Source: an uncultured Candidatus Saccharibacteria bacterium (lineage in GTDB: Bacteria; Patescibacteriota; Minisyncoccia; Phycocordibacterales; UBA9973). From it: 34,726 bases of DNA. Numbering within the stretch: the first letter of the stretch is position 1; each line of letters opens with the position of its first letter. Of the stretch, positions 7,747 through 16,339 are shown one piece after another. Below the pieces are notes generated by a model. The model ran no database searches and was not told the origin of the DNA. It saw nothing but the letters and a program-made list of their open reading frames with translations. The position numbers were made by a program, and so were the translations under genes. The stretch is taken from NCBI GenBank assembly GCA_964444515.1, contig CAYUGY010000001.1:16945-51670 (forward strand), in the 5' to 3' direction.

Positions 7747-9444
7747 TTATGACCCGTGAACCATATCGTGCTTTTCGAGAATGATATGTGAGGACATATA
7801 TTCTTTGGTAGTACCAACCTTCTTGTTCGGATTGAAAATATTTTCTGGATCAAATAATTCTTTTGTTTGTTTGAACAGATTCAAAATCTCAGGAGAAAAG
7901 ATTTTTCCGAGGTATGGAGTACGGACCAGACCGTCGTTGTGTTCAGCGGTAATCGTTCCATTGAACTCCTTGACCAAATCATAGACCTTTTCAGATAACT
8001 CCATAATCACCTCTTTGGTGTGTGTATCAGTGAAATCCATCAATGGAATAATATGGAAGTTTCCATTTCCTGCATGTCCTGCAATGGTGTAAACCAAGTT
8101 ATATTCTTTCAAAAGCGCGTTCAATCGAGGAAGAAATGCTGGTAAAAATTCTGGCTTGATACACACATCATCAATGAACGGTGCAGTATGCTTGCCTTTG
8201 ACATGTTTGCGGAGCATATTGAAACTCTCGCGTCGCATACGCCAATATTTTTCTCCATCAGCTTTTGACTTGGTTACCCGTGTCTTGAAACCGAATGAGG
8301 CAATTTGCTTTTGAGCATTTCTTGTCGCTCGTTCAACTTCTTGCAAATTGTTCCCGGTAAATTCTGCAATCATGACAAGTTTCGGCACACCGCCAGTTGC
8401 CATCATAAAAGCTTCAGGAATAAATGAAATTCCCATTTTGATAAATTGCCACAATGACATTCGCTTCAAAAAATCCGGCATGAACTTCACTGCCAATTTC
8501 AAACTATAATCATCATAAGATTCGATACTTTCTGGACCAAGTGGAAGAATCGTATCAACCAAATGTCCCAATCGAGAAAGATCATTCATAAATACGACAA
8601 GTAGACGTGATTCTTTGGTCACATCAGTCAGATTGAATGTAATCTCAGTCACGATTCCGAGTGTTCCTTGTGAGCCGACAATCAGTCGACACAAATCAAA
8701 ACTTTCAGTTTCTTTATCATAAATATTCCATAGATAATATCCAGCAGAATTTTTCGATACATTGGGTTTTGCTGCAGTGATCAACATATCGTTGTCATTG
8801 ATTAGTTGCAACAGCTCTTTGTAGAGTTCTGCTTCAACACTGACTTCTGCAACTTTTTGATACAACTCTTTCTTGGTCATTCGCTTGACGGTGTATTCAT
8901 ACCCGTCACGAAAGACCACTTTCAATTCACGAATCCAATCTTCAGTCTTGCCGAATTTGATCGATTTTTCCCCACCACTATTGTTCCCTACCATTCCACC
9001 AACAGCACACAGTTCTTTTGATGCGGTATATGATGGCATTATCAAATTTTCAGCTAGTGTAACTTTTTCAAAGTCTCGGTAGAATGTTCCCGGAAGTACG
9101 GTCGCGTATCCTGTCACTTTGTGACCATACGACATTTCATCAGTCTTTGTAATCTTCCCAATACCATTCATATAACGAGACATATCAAGAATGATTGATT
9201 CATTGATTGAACCACCTGACATACAAGTTCCTGCACAACGTGCAGTGATTGAAAGTGTCGGATCTTCTTTTTTGTGATCATTGACCCATTTGACCAAGAG
9301 ACAAACGTCCGTCCCGTCTTTTGGAAATACAACCACCTTTGGACGAACCACAAAGATACTCGCATCACGAGAATATTTCTCCAACACTTCGTCACTCATT
9401 TCTACATCCCCTCTTATTACTTTTTTCAAATCATCAAAATTCAT
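7747..9444 (-). CDS. FAD-linked oxidase (GlcD / D-lactate dehydrogenase-like, PCMH-type FAD binding)
   Basis: The N-terminal FAD-binding region has VVFPKDGTDVCLLVKW and RCAGTCMSGGS. The C-terminal region has AGHAGNGNFHIIP and TAEHNDG, typical of the family. Length 565 aa. Confidence 0.85.
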   Translation of the reverse strand: MNFDDLKKVIRGDVEMSDEVLEKYSRDASIFVVRPKVVVFPKDGTDVCLLVKWVNDHKKEDPTLSITARCAGTCMSGGSINESIILDMSRYMNGIGKITKTDEMSYGHKVTGYATVLPGTFYRDFEKVTLAENLIMPSYTASKELCAVGGMVGNNSGGEKSIKFGKTEDWIRELKVVFRDGYEYTVKRMTKKELYQKVAEVSVEAELYKELLQLINDNDMLITAAKPNVSKNSAGYYLWNIYDKETESFDLCRLIVGSQGTLGIVTEITFNLTDVTKESRLLVVFMNDLSRLGHLVDTILPLGPESIESYDDYSLKLAVKFMPDFLKRMSLWQFIKMGISFIPEAFMMATGGVPKLVMIAEFTGNNLQEVERATRNAQKQIASFGFKTRVTKSKADGEKYWRMRRESFNMLRKHVKGKHTAPFIDDVCIKPEFLPAFLPRLNALLKEYNLVYTIAGHAGNGNFHIIPLMDFTDTHTKEVIMELSEKVYDLVKEFNGTITAEHNDGLVRTPYLGKIFSPEILNLFKQTKELFDPENIFNPNKKVGTTKEYMSSHIILEKHDMVHGS

Positions 9445-9486
9445 AGGTCTATTATAACTTTTCTTCGTAATTTACCCAAAGTGCAG

Positions 9487-9536
9487 AAAATAAAAAACCC
9501 GCACAATGTACGGGCTTTCCGTGCAAAGTGCGGGTT
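9487..9536 (-). terminator. Terminator after the 185-aa membrane protein gene
   Basis: On the minus strand, aacccgcac...gtgcgggtt is a 9-bp stem with an internal acgg/ccgt helix, followed by ttttttatttt. Confidence 0.6.
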
Positions 9537-9541
9537 GTGAT

Positions 9542-10099
9542 TTAAGCAGCAATTTCTTTTTCTTTAAGTAATTCTGACCATTTAGTGAAGAAAATCTTTC
9601 TCACTAAAAATCCAATTATTGTTGCTAACATCAGAGCCCCTAGAGCAGTGAAAAAATTCGCATCAGGGTTAGCAATAATCCAAAAAAACAGCAGTATAAC
9701 ATTAAGAATAATGCTATATCTTACATGAATAATCGCCAGTATCGTAGATACAGTAAACATAACAATGTAAAGATTTAAGAGTACCCATACATACCAATCA
9801 GGTACGTACCCTTCGTAATTCCAACCGAAAATTTCGAGGATTACTAATAGTAATCCTAATGCTACTGTTATGAAATAACCGGTAGTCCATTTTTTCTTAA
9901 GATCAGGTCTTAAGAAAGGTATCTCAATGAGGGAGATTACCAGTCCCATTACAACGCTCATATACATACAAATTTTGAGTATATAAGAAGTGTAATTTTC
10001 CGGAACAATATCTTTAATTTCACTGGACACAACAGTTGCAATGGCAACAAAAATCATGGATACAATCCAGATTTGGAAATAATTGATTACTTTTTTCAT
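9542..10099 (-). CDS. Polytopic membrane protein (about 5-6 TM), hypothetical
   Basis: ORF track. Hydrophobic throughout. Visibly more AT-rich than neighbours. No family recognised; PnuC was considered but the sequence does not convincingly resemble it. Confidence 0.65.
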   Translation of the reverse strand: MKKVINYFQIWIVSMIFVAIATVVSSEIKDIVPENYTSYILKICMYMSVVMGLVISLIEIPFLRPDLKKKWTTGYFITVALGLLLVILEIFGWNYEGYVPDWYVWVLLNLYIVMFTVSTILAIIHVRYSIILNVILLFFWIIANPDANFFTALGALMLATIIGFLVRKIFFTKWSELLKEKEIAA

Positions 10100-10182
10100 T
10101 TTGTTTTATATTAATTGAGTGGACACAGAGGACAGCATCCGCTCTGTTCACTCAACTAAATAACAACATATCAAAGAACTTT
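10100..10182 (-). promoter_or_regulatory. Conserved structured 5' leader, copy 2
   Basis: The reverse complement reads aagttctttgatatgttgttatttagttgagtgaacagagcggatgctgtcctctgtgtccactcaattaatataaaacaaa followed by ATG. Hairpin spans 10111-10159. Confidence 0.5.
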
Positions 10183-10191
10183 ACTATTGAT

Positions 10192-10221
10192 AGTATACCA
10201 TATAATATACCTATTTGTCAA
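10192..10221 (-). promoter_or_regulatory. Promoter of leader copy 2
   Basis: Minus strand: TTGACA (10221-10216), 18-nt spacer, TGgTATACT (-10 at 10197-10192). Confidence 0.6.
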
Positions 10222-10250
10222 TAGGCGGAACCTTTCAGGTTCCGCCTATT
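10220..10250. terminator. GC-rich perfect palindrome (terminator of the upstream secreted-protein gene), abutting the -35 box
   Basis: aataggcggaacct ttc aggttccgcctatt is a 14-bp perfect stem. Confidence 0.7.
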
Positions 10251-10285
10251 GATTTTACCTATTTTAAGCTTCTATTTAAAGCTTT

Positions 10286-10792
10286 TTAGAGCATTGTTGC
10301 TTCTGACATACTGTTTGGAGCTGTCTCTTCCTTGCCTGTTCCACCACAAGCCTTGATGTCAGCCTTGAATGTATCCCAAGCTGTTTTACGAACTGACTTG
10401 AGTGCTGTACGAGCAGATTTTGAAGCTGTCTCAAATGCCTGACGAGTAGTTTTGCGAGCAGTGTTTCGTTCGTTTGACGTTGTCTTTGCCCATGCATCTT
10501 TCAAACCAGTTGTACGCGCAGTCAAAGCAGTTTTCATTGAAGTATTGAATGTGTCGAGTCCAGCAATCAAAGCATTTTCACGCTTTTCCACTGCTGTTCC
10601 AGCACAAACTGGATCTGCTACGTTTTTCTTGTTTGACATTTTTTCTTTCAAATCACGCATGAGCCCACCCTTGTCTGAATGTTCAACTTCACCTGTTGAT
10701 GAAGCCGATGTTGTTGTAACCATTTCTTCTGCAAAAGCAACGTTACAGAGAATCAAAGAAAGTGCGAATGTTGATACGAGAAATTTTTTCAT
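10286..10792 (-). CDS. Secreted helical protein, hypothetical
   Basis: From ATG 10792, MKKFLVSTFALSLILCNVAFA is a signal peptide. It is followed by T/A/K/R-rich helical repeats (..TALTARTTGLKDAWAKTT..ARKTTRQAFETASKSARTALKSVRKTAWDTFK..). Confidence 0.6.
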   Translation of the reverse strand: MKKFLVSTFALSLILCNVAFAEEMVTTTSASSTGEVEHSDKGGLMRDLKEKMSNKKNVADPVCAGTAVEKRENALIAGLDTFNTSMKTALTARTTGLKDAWAKTTSNERNTARKTTRQAFETASKSARTALKSVRKTAWDTFKADIKACGGTGKEETAPNSMSEATML

Positions 10793-10886
10793 AATTATGA
10801 TGTATGTAGTTATTGGATAATGTTTTAATTGTACCACTTAGGTACAAGACTTATGACGAATGACTTTGTGGAAAATTTCTTGACTG

Positions 10887-11753
10887 CTAACTCAAATGAT
10901 TGAAAAGTTTCAAACGACTTTCTACTACTTTTTCAATTGCCTCAACTGCCGGAGTAAGTAGTTTGGCTGGATTGATTTCGTTTGGTTGAGCTTCGATTGA
11001 TTGCTCTACTGCTTCTTTGTATGCAAGACGAATTTCACTGTTGATATGCACAATCGAAATTCCTGCATTGATTGCGTTGGTAAAATCTTCATCACGAAGT
11101 CCTGAGCCACCATGTAGTACTAGTGGTGTCTTAACTGTCTCTTTTATTTCTTTTACTAATTCTGCATTGATGTGTGGTTTGCCAGATTTGATGAGCCCAT
11201 GAATAGAACCAACTGATGGTGCAAATACATCAACACCTGTTGCGTCTACAAAGGCTTTTGCGTCGGCTGGATTGGTCAACACACCAGCACCTTCTGGAAT
11301 ACTGTCTTTGATATCAGATCCTGAACCAATGTATCCGAGCTCGGCTTCTACCAAAATATCGCGACCAGTCGTAGCAGAAACTTCACGTGCGTAATCTACA
11401 CAGTGTTTTGTCATTGCAATATTTTCATCATTTGGTAATTTGGCTCCGTCGATGATTACCATATCAAACCCTGCATCGATACATTTTTTGACTGATTCAA
11501 AACTGCCGTGGTGATCAGCATTCAAAAAGATTGGATAACTATCACGGTTACGAATTGCATGCACGAGTGCAACAACTTCTTCGAGTCCAGCAAATTTTTC
11601 TTCACCTTCTGAAACACCGATAATGACTGGAAGATTTAGTTTTTTGGCTGCATTATAAATACCGTGCAGTCCTTCTAAATTTGAAATATTAAAATGCCCG
11701 ATGGCAACCTTATTCTCCTCTGCTTCTTTGATGTATTCACGTAATGTCTTCAT
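10887..11753 (-). CDS. fba: Class II fructose-1,6-bisphosphate aldolase
   Basis: AIGHFNISNLE, LNADHHGS and LVLHGGSG..INSE are class II FBA/tagatose-bisphosphate aldolase family motifs. Length 288 aa. Confidence 0.9.
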   Translation of the reverse strand: MKTLREYIKEAEENKVAIGHFNISNLEGLHGIYNAAKKLNLPVIIGVSEGEEKFAGLEEVVALVHAIRNRDSYPIFLNADHHGSFESVKKCIDAGFDMVIIDGAKLPNDENIAMTKHCVDYAREVSATTGRDILVEAELGYIGSGSDIKDSIPEGAGVLTNPADAKAFVDATGVDVFAPSVGSIHGLIKSGKPHINAELVKEIKETVKTPLVLHGGSGLRDEDFTNAINAGISIVHINSEIRLAYKEAVEQSIEAQPNEINPAKLLTPAVEAIEKVVESRLKLFNHLS

Positions 11754-11842
11754 ATAGGGAAAGTATATCAGTAATTAGTATTTAAGTGAAAAGTTTTTAA
11801 AGAAGAGCGATAAAAATTTTTATCGTTTTGACTTCTTAATAT

Positions 11843-12862
11843 CTATCTAGAAAAATGTTCACTGATTGCCGGATAAATATCAACAAGCGCATAAAGCAGA
11901 GAGAGTACTAGCGGACCAAGTAAAAAGCCGAGCGGACCAAAAACAATCAATCCCCCAAAGACAGACATAAGAACAAGGAACGGGTGAATATCGACATCTT
12001 TACCGACAAATATTGGACGAGCAAGATTATCAATCAGCCCAACAATAATAACACCCCAAATACCGAGCCCGATCGCAAGACCGACTGCTTTGATACTCAA
12101 TAGATACACAACAGCAGGAATAATAATGAGTGCTGTTCCAATACCTGGAATAAGTGCCGCGAAAACAGTCAATCCACCCCACAACGCTGGATTTGGAACA
12201 CCAAAAATCCAGAAACCAATTCCTGTCAACAACCCTTGGATACCTGCTACCAAAAGAGATCCTTTGACAATCGCACTAATCGCTTTGCGTTGTTTCTCTA
12301 ATATTTTGTTGTCATACATATCGGAAAGCGGACTAACCTTGATAACAATATCCAAAAATTTTCTACCATCACGTAAAAAGAAAAACAACGAAACAAATCC
12401 GAGGAACAAGAACGGAATAAAACGAAAAATAGATGAAAAGATATTACCAGCACTACCAGTAATCGCCCGAAAGAGTGTTCCGATATAGGAAGACAAATCT
12501 ATAGAAATTGAAGGAGCTATCATACCAACTGAATGAGTTAGTTGTGCAGATATGACAGCAAGCGTGTTGTTGATATTTCCAATATTCAAAGAAAGATTGT
12601 GTGCCTCACTCCATATTCTGCTGATAAAAAAGACAATTGGTATAAGAACTATAATGACAGCAAGTAAGACAGTAAGAAATGCCGAAAGATTACGATTACG
12701 CAAAAATACAACTGTACGTTCGTAAAGTGGATGAAGTACTACCGCAAAAATTGCTACTACGGCAAAAAGTTTCAAGAACGGCAGAAAGATTGCAACGTTA
12801 AGTGCCAACACCAAACCAAAAAGTGCAAGGAAAAAATAGAATTGAAGATTTTTATTTGACAT
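11843..12862 (-). CDS. AI-2E family transporter (UPF0118/PerM-like)
   Basis: Eight-TM-type profile. FAALIPGIGTALIIIPAVVYL and the GLIVFGPLGFLLGPL C-terminal region are typical of the family. Confidence 0.8.
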   Translation of the reverse strand: MSNKNLQFYFFLALFGLVLALNVAIFLPFLKLFAVVAIFAVVLHPLYERTVVFLRNRNLSAFLTVLLAVIIVLIPIVFFISRIWSEAHNLSLNIGNINNTLAVISAQLTHSVGMIAPSISIDLSSYIGTLFRAITGSAGNIFSSIFRFIPFLFLGFVSLFFFLRDGRKFLDIVIKVSPLSDMYDNKILEKQRKAISAIVKGSLLVAGIQGLLTGIGFWIFGVPNPALWGGLTVFAALIPGIGTALIIIPAVVYLLSIKAVGLAIGLGIWGVIIVGLIDNLARPIFVGKDVDIHPFLVLMSVFGGLIVFGPLGFLLGPLVLSLLYALVDIYPAISEHFSR

Positions 12863-13514
12863 ATTCTTGTAGTTCTTGCTCTCGTTGTTTCTTACTTTTA
12901 AAAAGATCGACGATCATAAAGAAGTACGTTGTGCTTCGTGCTGAAACATTGAAGAAGATTGCAAGGGTGAAGAAAATCAAAGCTGATTGTTTATTGTAAA
13001 AAGAAACGACAATAGCAATAATCGCAGCAATAACCGGCAAAAGAATGCGTACATATGCATGCTGGTTTTCACGTTTTGTCACTACAATATTTTCAATATT
13101 CGGCGAACGGAGTACATACACACGCATAGCAAAGAGTGATAAACCGATCAAAATAACATTTGATGCAAAAAACACAATTGCTGTTTCGGTTGTATTATAT
13201 TTTCCAAGTAATTGAGAAGAAAACGGCACCAAACCGACGAACAAAAAGAAGAGTGCATTCAGATTGGTAAAACGAATATCAATATTTTTTGCCAAAACCG
13301 AAGCAATATAATGATGAGACCGCCAATACGTAAACAAAAGTGAGAAACTCAAAAGATACGACAAGAAGAATGGGTACAGTGTCACAATACTTGTCCACAA
13401 GGTCGAACTATCGATTCCTACTGGAAATTCAGGAACCCTGATTTCAAAAACTAACAATGTCATAACGATGGCAAAAATACCATCAGCAAGCGCATCTAAT
13501 CGTGTCTGTTTCAT
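12852..13514 (-). CDS. TMEM175-like (DUF1211) potassium channel family protein
   Basis: From ATG 13514, MKQTRLDALADGIFAIVMTLLVFEIRVP matches the RxxxFSDGVFAIxxTLLV signature helix. 6-TM profile. Overlaps the next gene by 11 nt. The longer ORF (to 13622) runs into repeat element B. Confidence 0.8.
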   Translation of the reverse strand: MKQTRLDALADGIFAIVMTLLVFEIRVPEFPVGIDSSTLWTSIVTLYPFFLSYLLSFSLLFTYWRSHHYIASVLAKNIDIRFTNLNALFFLFVGLVPFSSQLLGKYNTTETAIVFFASNVILIGLSLFAMRVYVLRSPNIENIVVTKRENQHAYVRILLPVIAAIIAIVVSFYNKQSALIFFTLAIFFNVSARSTTYFFMIVDLFKSKKQREQELQEYVK

Positions 13515-13600
13515 ATAGGAATAGTATATCAGATTATAAAATAGACGGAATAAAGAAAAAGTGCGACTGCTTTTATTTGTCCCATTTGAAACCATTCGCC

Positions 13601-13696
13601 TATTTCGTCGAGCATACTCCAAGAGTCATTCCGGTGAATGAGGAGCGAGTGAAAGTGTCATTACTTTCACATTGTCCGAGTCGAGGACGAAATATA
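13601..13696. repeat. Intergenic hairpin element, copy B (related to 874-943)
   Basis: Outer stem tatttcgtc (13601-09) / gacgaaata (13686-94). Inner hairpins are tcattc-cggt-gaatga and gtgaaagt-gtcatt-actttcac (13649-13670). The 3' 60 nt align with copy A. Confidence 0.55.
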
Positions 13697-13784
13697 AAAT
13701 ATCTTTTTGTGTGTTGATATTTTTTATTCGCGCGAATTAGGAAATAAAAAAACCACTTCTTTATGAAGAGGTTTTTAACCCAGA

Positions 13785-13985
13785 CTAATACGGTTTTAGT
13801 TTTTCAATTAATTCTTTTGCTTTTTGTTTTTTAATCTCCAGTTGCTTTCTTTCCATTTCTCCGAGATTTTGATTTTCCATCAGTTCTCGACTAGTATTTT
13901 GAAAGGTTTCATTGAGTGTGTCAACAATAAAAAGTCGATCTTTTTTATCTATTTTTTCCATTACAAAAATTATTACCCATTTCAC
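13785..13985 (-). CDS. Small charged helical protein, hypothetical (start possibly ATG 13961)
   Basis: ORF track only. Followed by a hairpin with T-run at about 13750-13780. No similarity recognised. Confidence 0.3.
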   Translation of the reverse strand: MKWVIIFVMEKIDKKDRLFIVDTLNETFQNTSRELMENQNLGEMERKQLEIKKQKAKELIEKLKPY

Positions 13986-14067
13986 TATATCACATATTAT
14001 TTAATTGTAAACACATTACTTGTTTCCCCCTAGCACCTAGAGCCTAGAGCCTTTATACTGTATCTAT

Positions 14068-15072
14068 ATGGGACTATTTTCAAACAAACAATATGACATC
14101 GTATGTATCGGGGACATTGTGACCGATGCTTTTATTAGAATCAAAGATGCCAACGTGCACTGCAAGCTCGATAAAAGTGCTTGTGAATTGTGTGTACGCT
14201 TTGGCGACAAGGTGCCGTTTGAATCACAAACAATCGTTCGTGCTGTTGGCAACAGTGCCAACGCAGCTGTATCTGCGTTACGACTCGGACTTTCTACTGC
14301 ACTTATTGCAACTGTTGGAGATGATGATGAGGGTAAAAAATGTTTGGAAGAATTGAAGAAAAACAATGTCAGTACTAGTTATATGAGCACTGACAAAAAA
14401 CTACCGACCAATTATCACTATGTACTTTGGTATGATGTTGAACGCACTATTTTGGTCAATCACTCACCTTTCGAAAAACATTTGCCATCAAATTTCAAAG
14501 CACCAAAATATTTGTACCTGACTTCACTTGGAGAGAATACTGAAAACTTTCATCACGAAATAGCTACTTGGTTGGGAGCTCACCCTGAAACAAAATTGGT
14601 GTTTCAGCCTGGAACATTTCAAATGAAATTGGGCAAAGAAAAATTGGCAGACATCTACCAATTGAGTGAACTCTTTTTCTGTAACGTCGAAGAGGCCCAA
14701 AGAATTTTAGGAACACAAGAAGCTGATAAAAAAATATTGATGGGAATGTTGGCAGCACTCGGCCCAAAGATTGTGGTGATGACTGATGGTATCAATGGTG
14801 CGTATGCGCGAGACATTGATGGAACTTGTTACTTTATGTCAGTATATCCACATGATCCATACGAACGTACTGGCGCAGGAGACGCATTTGCTTCGACCGT
14901 TATGTCTGCACTCGCTCTTGGCAAAGATTTGAAAACAGCACTGACTTGGGGGCCAATCAATTCAATGTCTGTCGTACAAAAGATTGGAGCACAAGCAGGA
15001 TTGCTTCCAAGGAAAGAACTTGAAGATTATTTGAGTAAAGCTCCGGAAGATTACAAACTGAAAACAATATAA
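14068..15072 (+). CDS. PfkB-family carbohydrate kinase
   Basis: DIVCIGDIVTDAF is the N-terminal GG/ribokinase-like motif region. ERTGAGDAFAS is PfkB signature 2. Length 334 aa. Confidence 0.85.
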   Translation: MGLFSNKQYDIVCIGDIVTDAFIRIKDANVHCKLDKSACELCVRFGDKVPFESQTIVRAVGNSANAAVSALRLGLSTALIATVGDDDEGKKCLEELKKNNVSTSYMSTDKKLPTNYHYVLWYDVERTILVNHSPFEKHLPSNFKAPKYLYLTSLGENTENFHHEIATWLGAHPETKLVFQPGTFQMKLGKEKLADIYQLSELFFCNVEEAQRILGTQEADKKILMGMLAALGPKIVVMTDGINGAYARDIDGTCYFMSVYPHDPYERTGAGDAFASTVMSALALGKDLKTALTWGPINSMSVVQKIGAQAGLLPRKELEDYLSKAPEDYKLKTI

Positions 15073-15110
15073 AATAAAAATCTCGCTTTTACAAAAGCGA
15101 GATTTTTATT
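15073..15110. terminator. Bidirectional terminator between convergent pfkB-like and tkt genes
   Basis: aataaaaatctcgctttt / aaaagcgagatttttatt is a near-perfect 18-nt inverted repeat overlapping both stop codons. Confidence 0.75.
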
Positions 15111-16122
15111 TTTTTACTTTTCTTAACAAGACTGTTTTTACAGCATTTTCTATATCCGACACATCCATTCCATAGTGAGCAATTAGTTCAGCAGGTGTAC
15201 CTGATTGACCAAACAAATCTTTTACCCCAATAAATTCCATTGGTACTGGATAATATTTTGCGAGGCATTCTGCAACAGCAGAACCAATACCACCAGAAAT
15301 TTGATGTTCTTCGACAGTTACGATTGCACCACATTCTTTTACAAGATTAATAATCGCCTGTTCGTCGAGTGGTTTGATTGTTGCAAGATTGAGGACTTTG
15401 ATACGAGCACCATCACCAGTGATAGCTTTGTCTGTCATTTCTTTGGCTACAATAAGTGCTTTGTGGAGTAATGCACCTGTTGCAATAATACCGACGTCAG
15501 CTTTTTCATCACCACCAAAAACAACTTGTGCTTTGCCGATTTCAAATGGAGTATCTGCTGTTGTGATAACTGGAGTTTTTTCTCGAGCTAGACGCAAGTA
15601 CGCTGGCTTACCAAGTTTTGCTAGTGCCATGGTGGCTTTCTTGGCTTCGATGCTATCGCACGGAGAAATGACAATCATATTTGGAATCACGCGAGTAATG
15701 GCAATGTCTTCGATTGCTTGATGGGTTCCACCGTCTGGACCAACAGAAATTCCTGCATGAGAACCTGCAATAATAACTCCGCGATCATTGTATGCAATTG
15801 TGGTTCGAATTTGTTCCCAGTTTCGTCCTGGAGAAAACATTGCGTATGAAGAGATAAATGGAATCTTTCCCATTGCCGCCATACCTGAAGCAACTGATGC
15901 GAGATTTTGTTCTGCCACACCGACTTGTACGAAGCGATTTGGAAATGCATCTTTGAACAAATTCATTTTAGTACTTTCGGTCAGGTCAGCACAAAGTCCA
16001 ACAATTCGTTCGTCCAACTTCCCTGCCTCAAGAAGTCCTTCACCAAAACCTTGGCGAATTGGAACTTGTTCGACATCTGTATCAAACAACTTCGTATTTA
16101 ATTTTGCATTTGGATTAAGCAT
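15106..16122 (-). CDS. tkt: Transketolase, C-terminal (pyrimidine-binding) subunit
   Basis: FVQVGVAEQNLASVASGMA and GSHAGISVGPDGGTHQAIEDI. Length 338 aa. This is the split-type transketolase. Confidence 0.92.
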   Translation of the reverse strand: MLNPNAKLNTKLFDTDVEQVPIRQGFGEGLLEAGKLDERIVGLCADLTESTKMNLFKDAFPNRFVQVGVAEQNLASVASGMAAMGKIPFISSYAMFSPGRNWEQIRTTIAYNDRGVIIAGSHAGISVGPDGGTHQAIEDIAITRVIPNMIVISPCDSIEAKKATMALAKLGKPAYLRLAREKTPVITTADTPFEIGKAQVVFGGDEKADVGIIATGALLHKALIVAKEMTDKAITGDGARIKVLNLATIKPLDEQAIINLVKECGAIVTVEEHQISGGIGSAVAECLAKYYPVPMEFIGVKDLFGQSGTPAELIAHYGMDVSDIENAVKTVLLRKVKK

Positions 16123-16339
16123 GTTTTATTTTTTGTCTGATAAAATCAAACACTATGATTAAAGTATACATTACCTGTAACAGTATGAAAATTGTATCCC
16201 CCAAATAAATACTATAGGTCAGTAATCCTACACCGCCAACAAAAGAAAATTTATCTCTCGTCCCACGATTCTTTACAAGCATTCCGATGCAAATGAATAT
16301 TAGTCCAATTATTCCTATTATTTTAAATATATTTAACAT
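16115..16339 (-). CDS. 74-aa three-TM protein between the transketolase halves (PQ-loop/SemiSWEET- or LAB_N-like by eye)
   Basis: ATG overlaps the tkt-N stop (TAATG), and its 3' end overlaps the tkt-C start by 8 nt. Three hydrophobic helices. G..LL.YSIYLGD.IFILLQ resembles the last two helices of small PQ-loop/LAB_N proteins, but this is a weak resemblance from memory. Confidence 0.5.
   Translation of the reverse strand: MLNIFKIIGIIGLIFICIGMLVKNRGTRDKFSFVGGVGLLTYSIYLGDTIFILLQVMYTLIIVFDFIRQKIKHA

Noticed and set aside
7269-10221. The ~125-bp inverted repeats could be terminal inverted repeats of a transposon or the arms of an invertible (phase-variable) segment.
   Set aside because: No transposase or recombinase lies inside or nearby. 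Each repeat is a complete promoter plus leader ending exactly at a start codon and facing inward. Inversion would only swap two equivalent promoters between the two genes, with no on/off consequence. Duplicated regulatory leaders are the better explanation.
14036-14051. The micro-tandem CCTAGAGCCTAGAGCC upstream of the pfkB-like gene was considered as a CRISPR or other repeat signal.
   Set aside because: It is only two 7-nt units, with no spacers and no further copies. It is too short to interpret, and no CRISPR-like array exists anywhere in the window.
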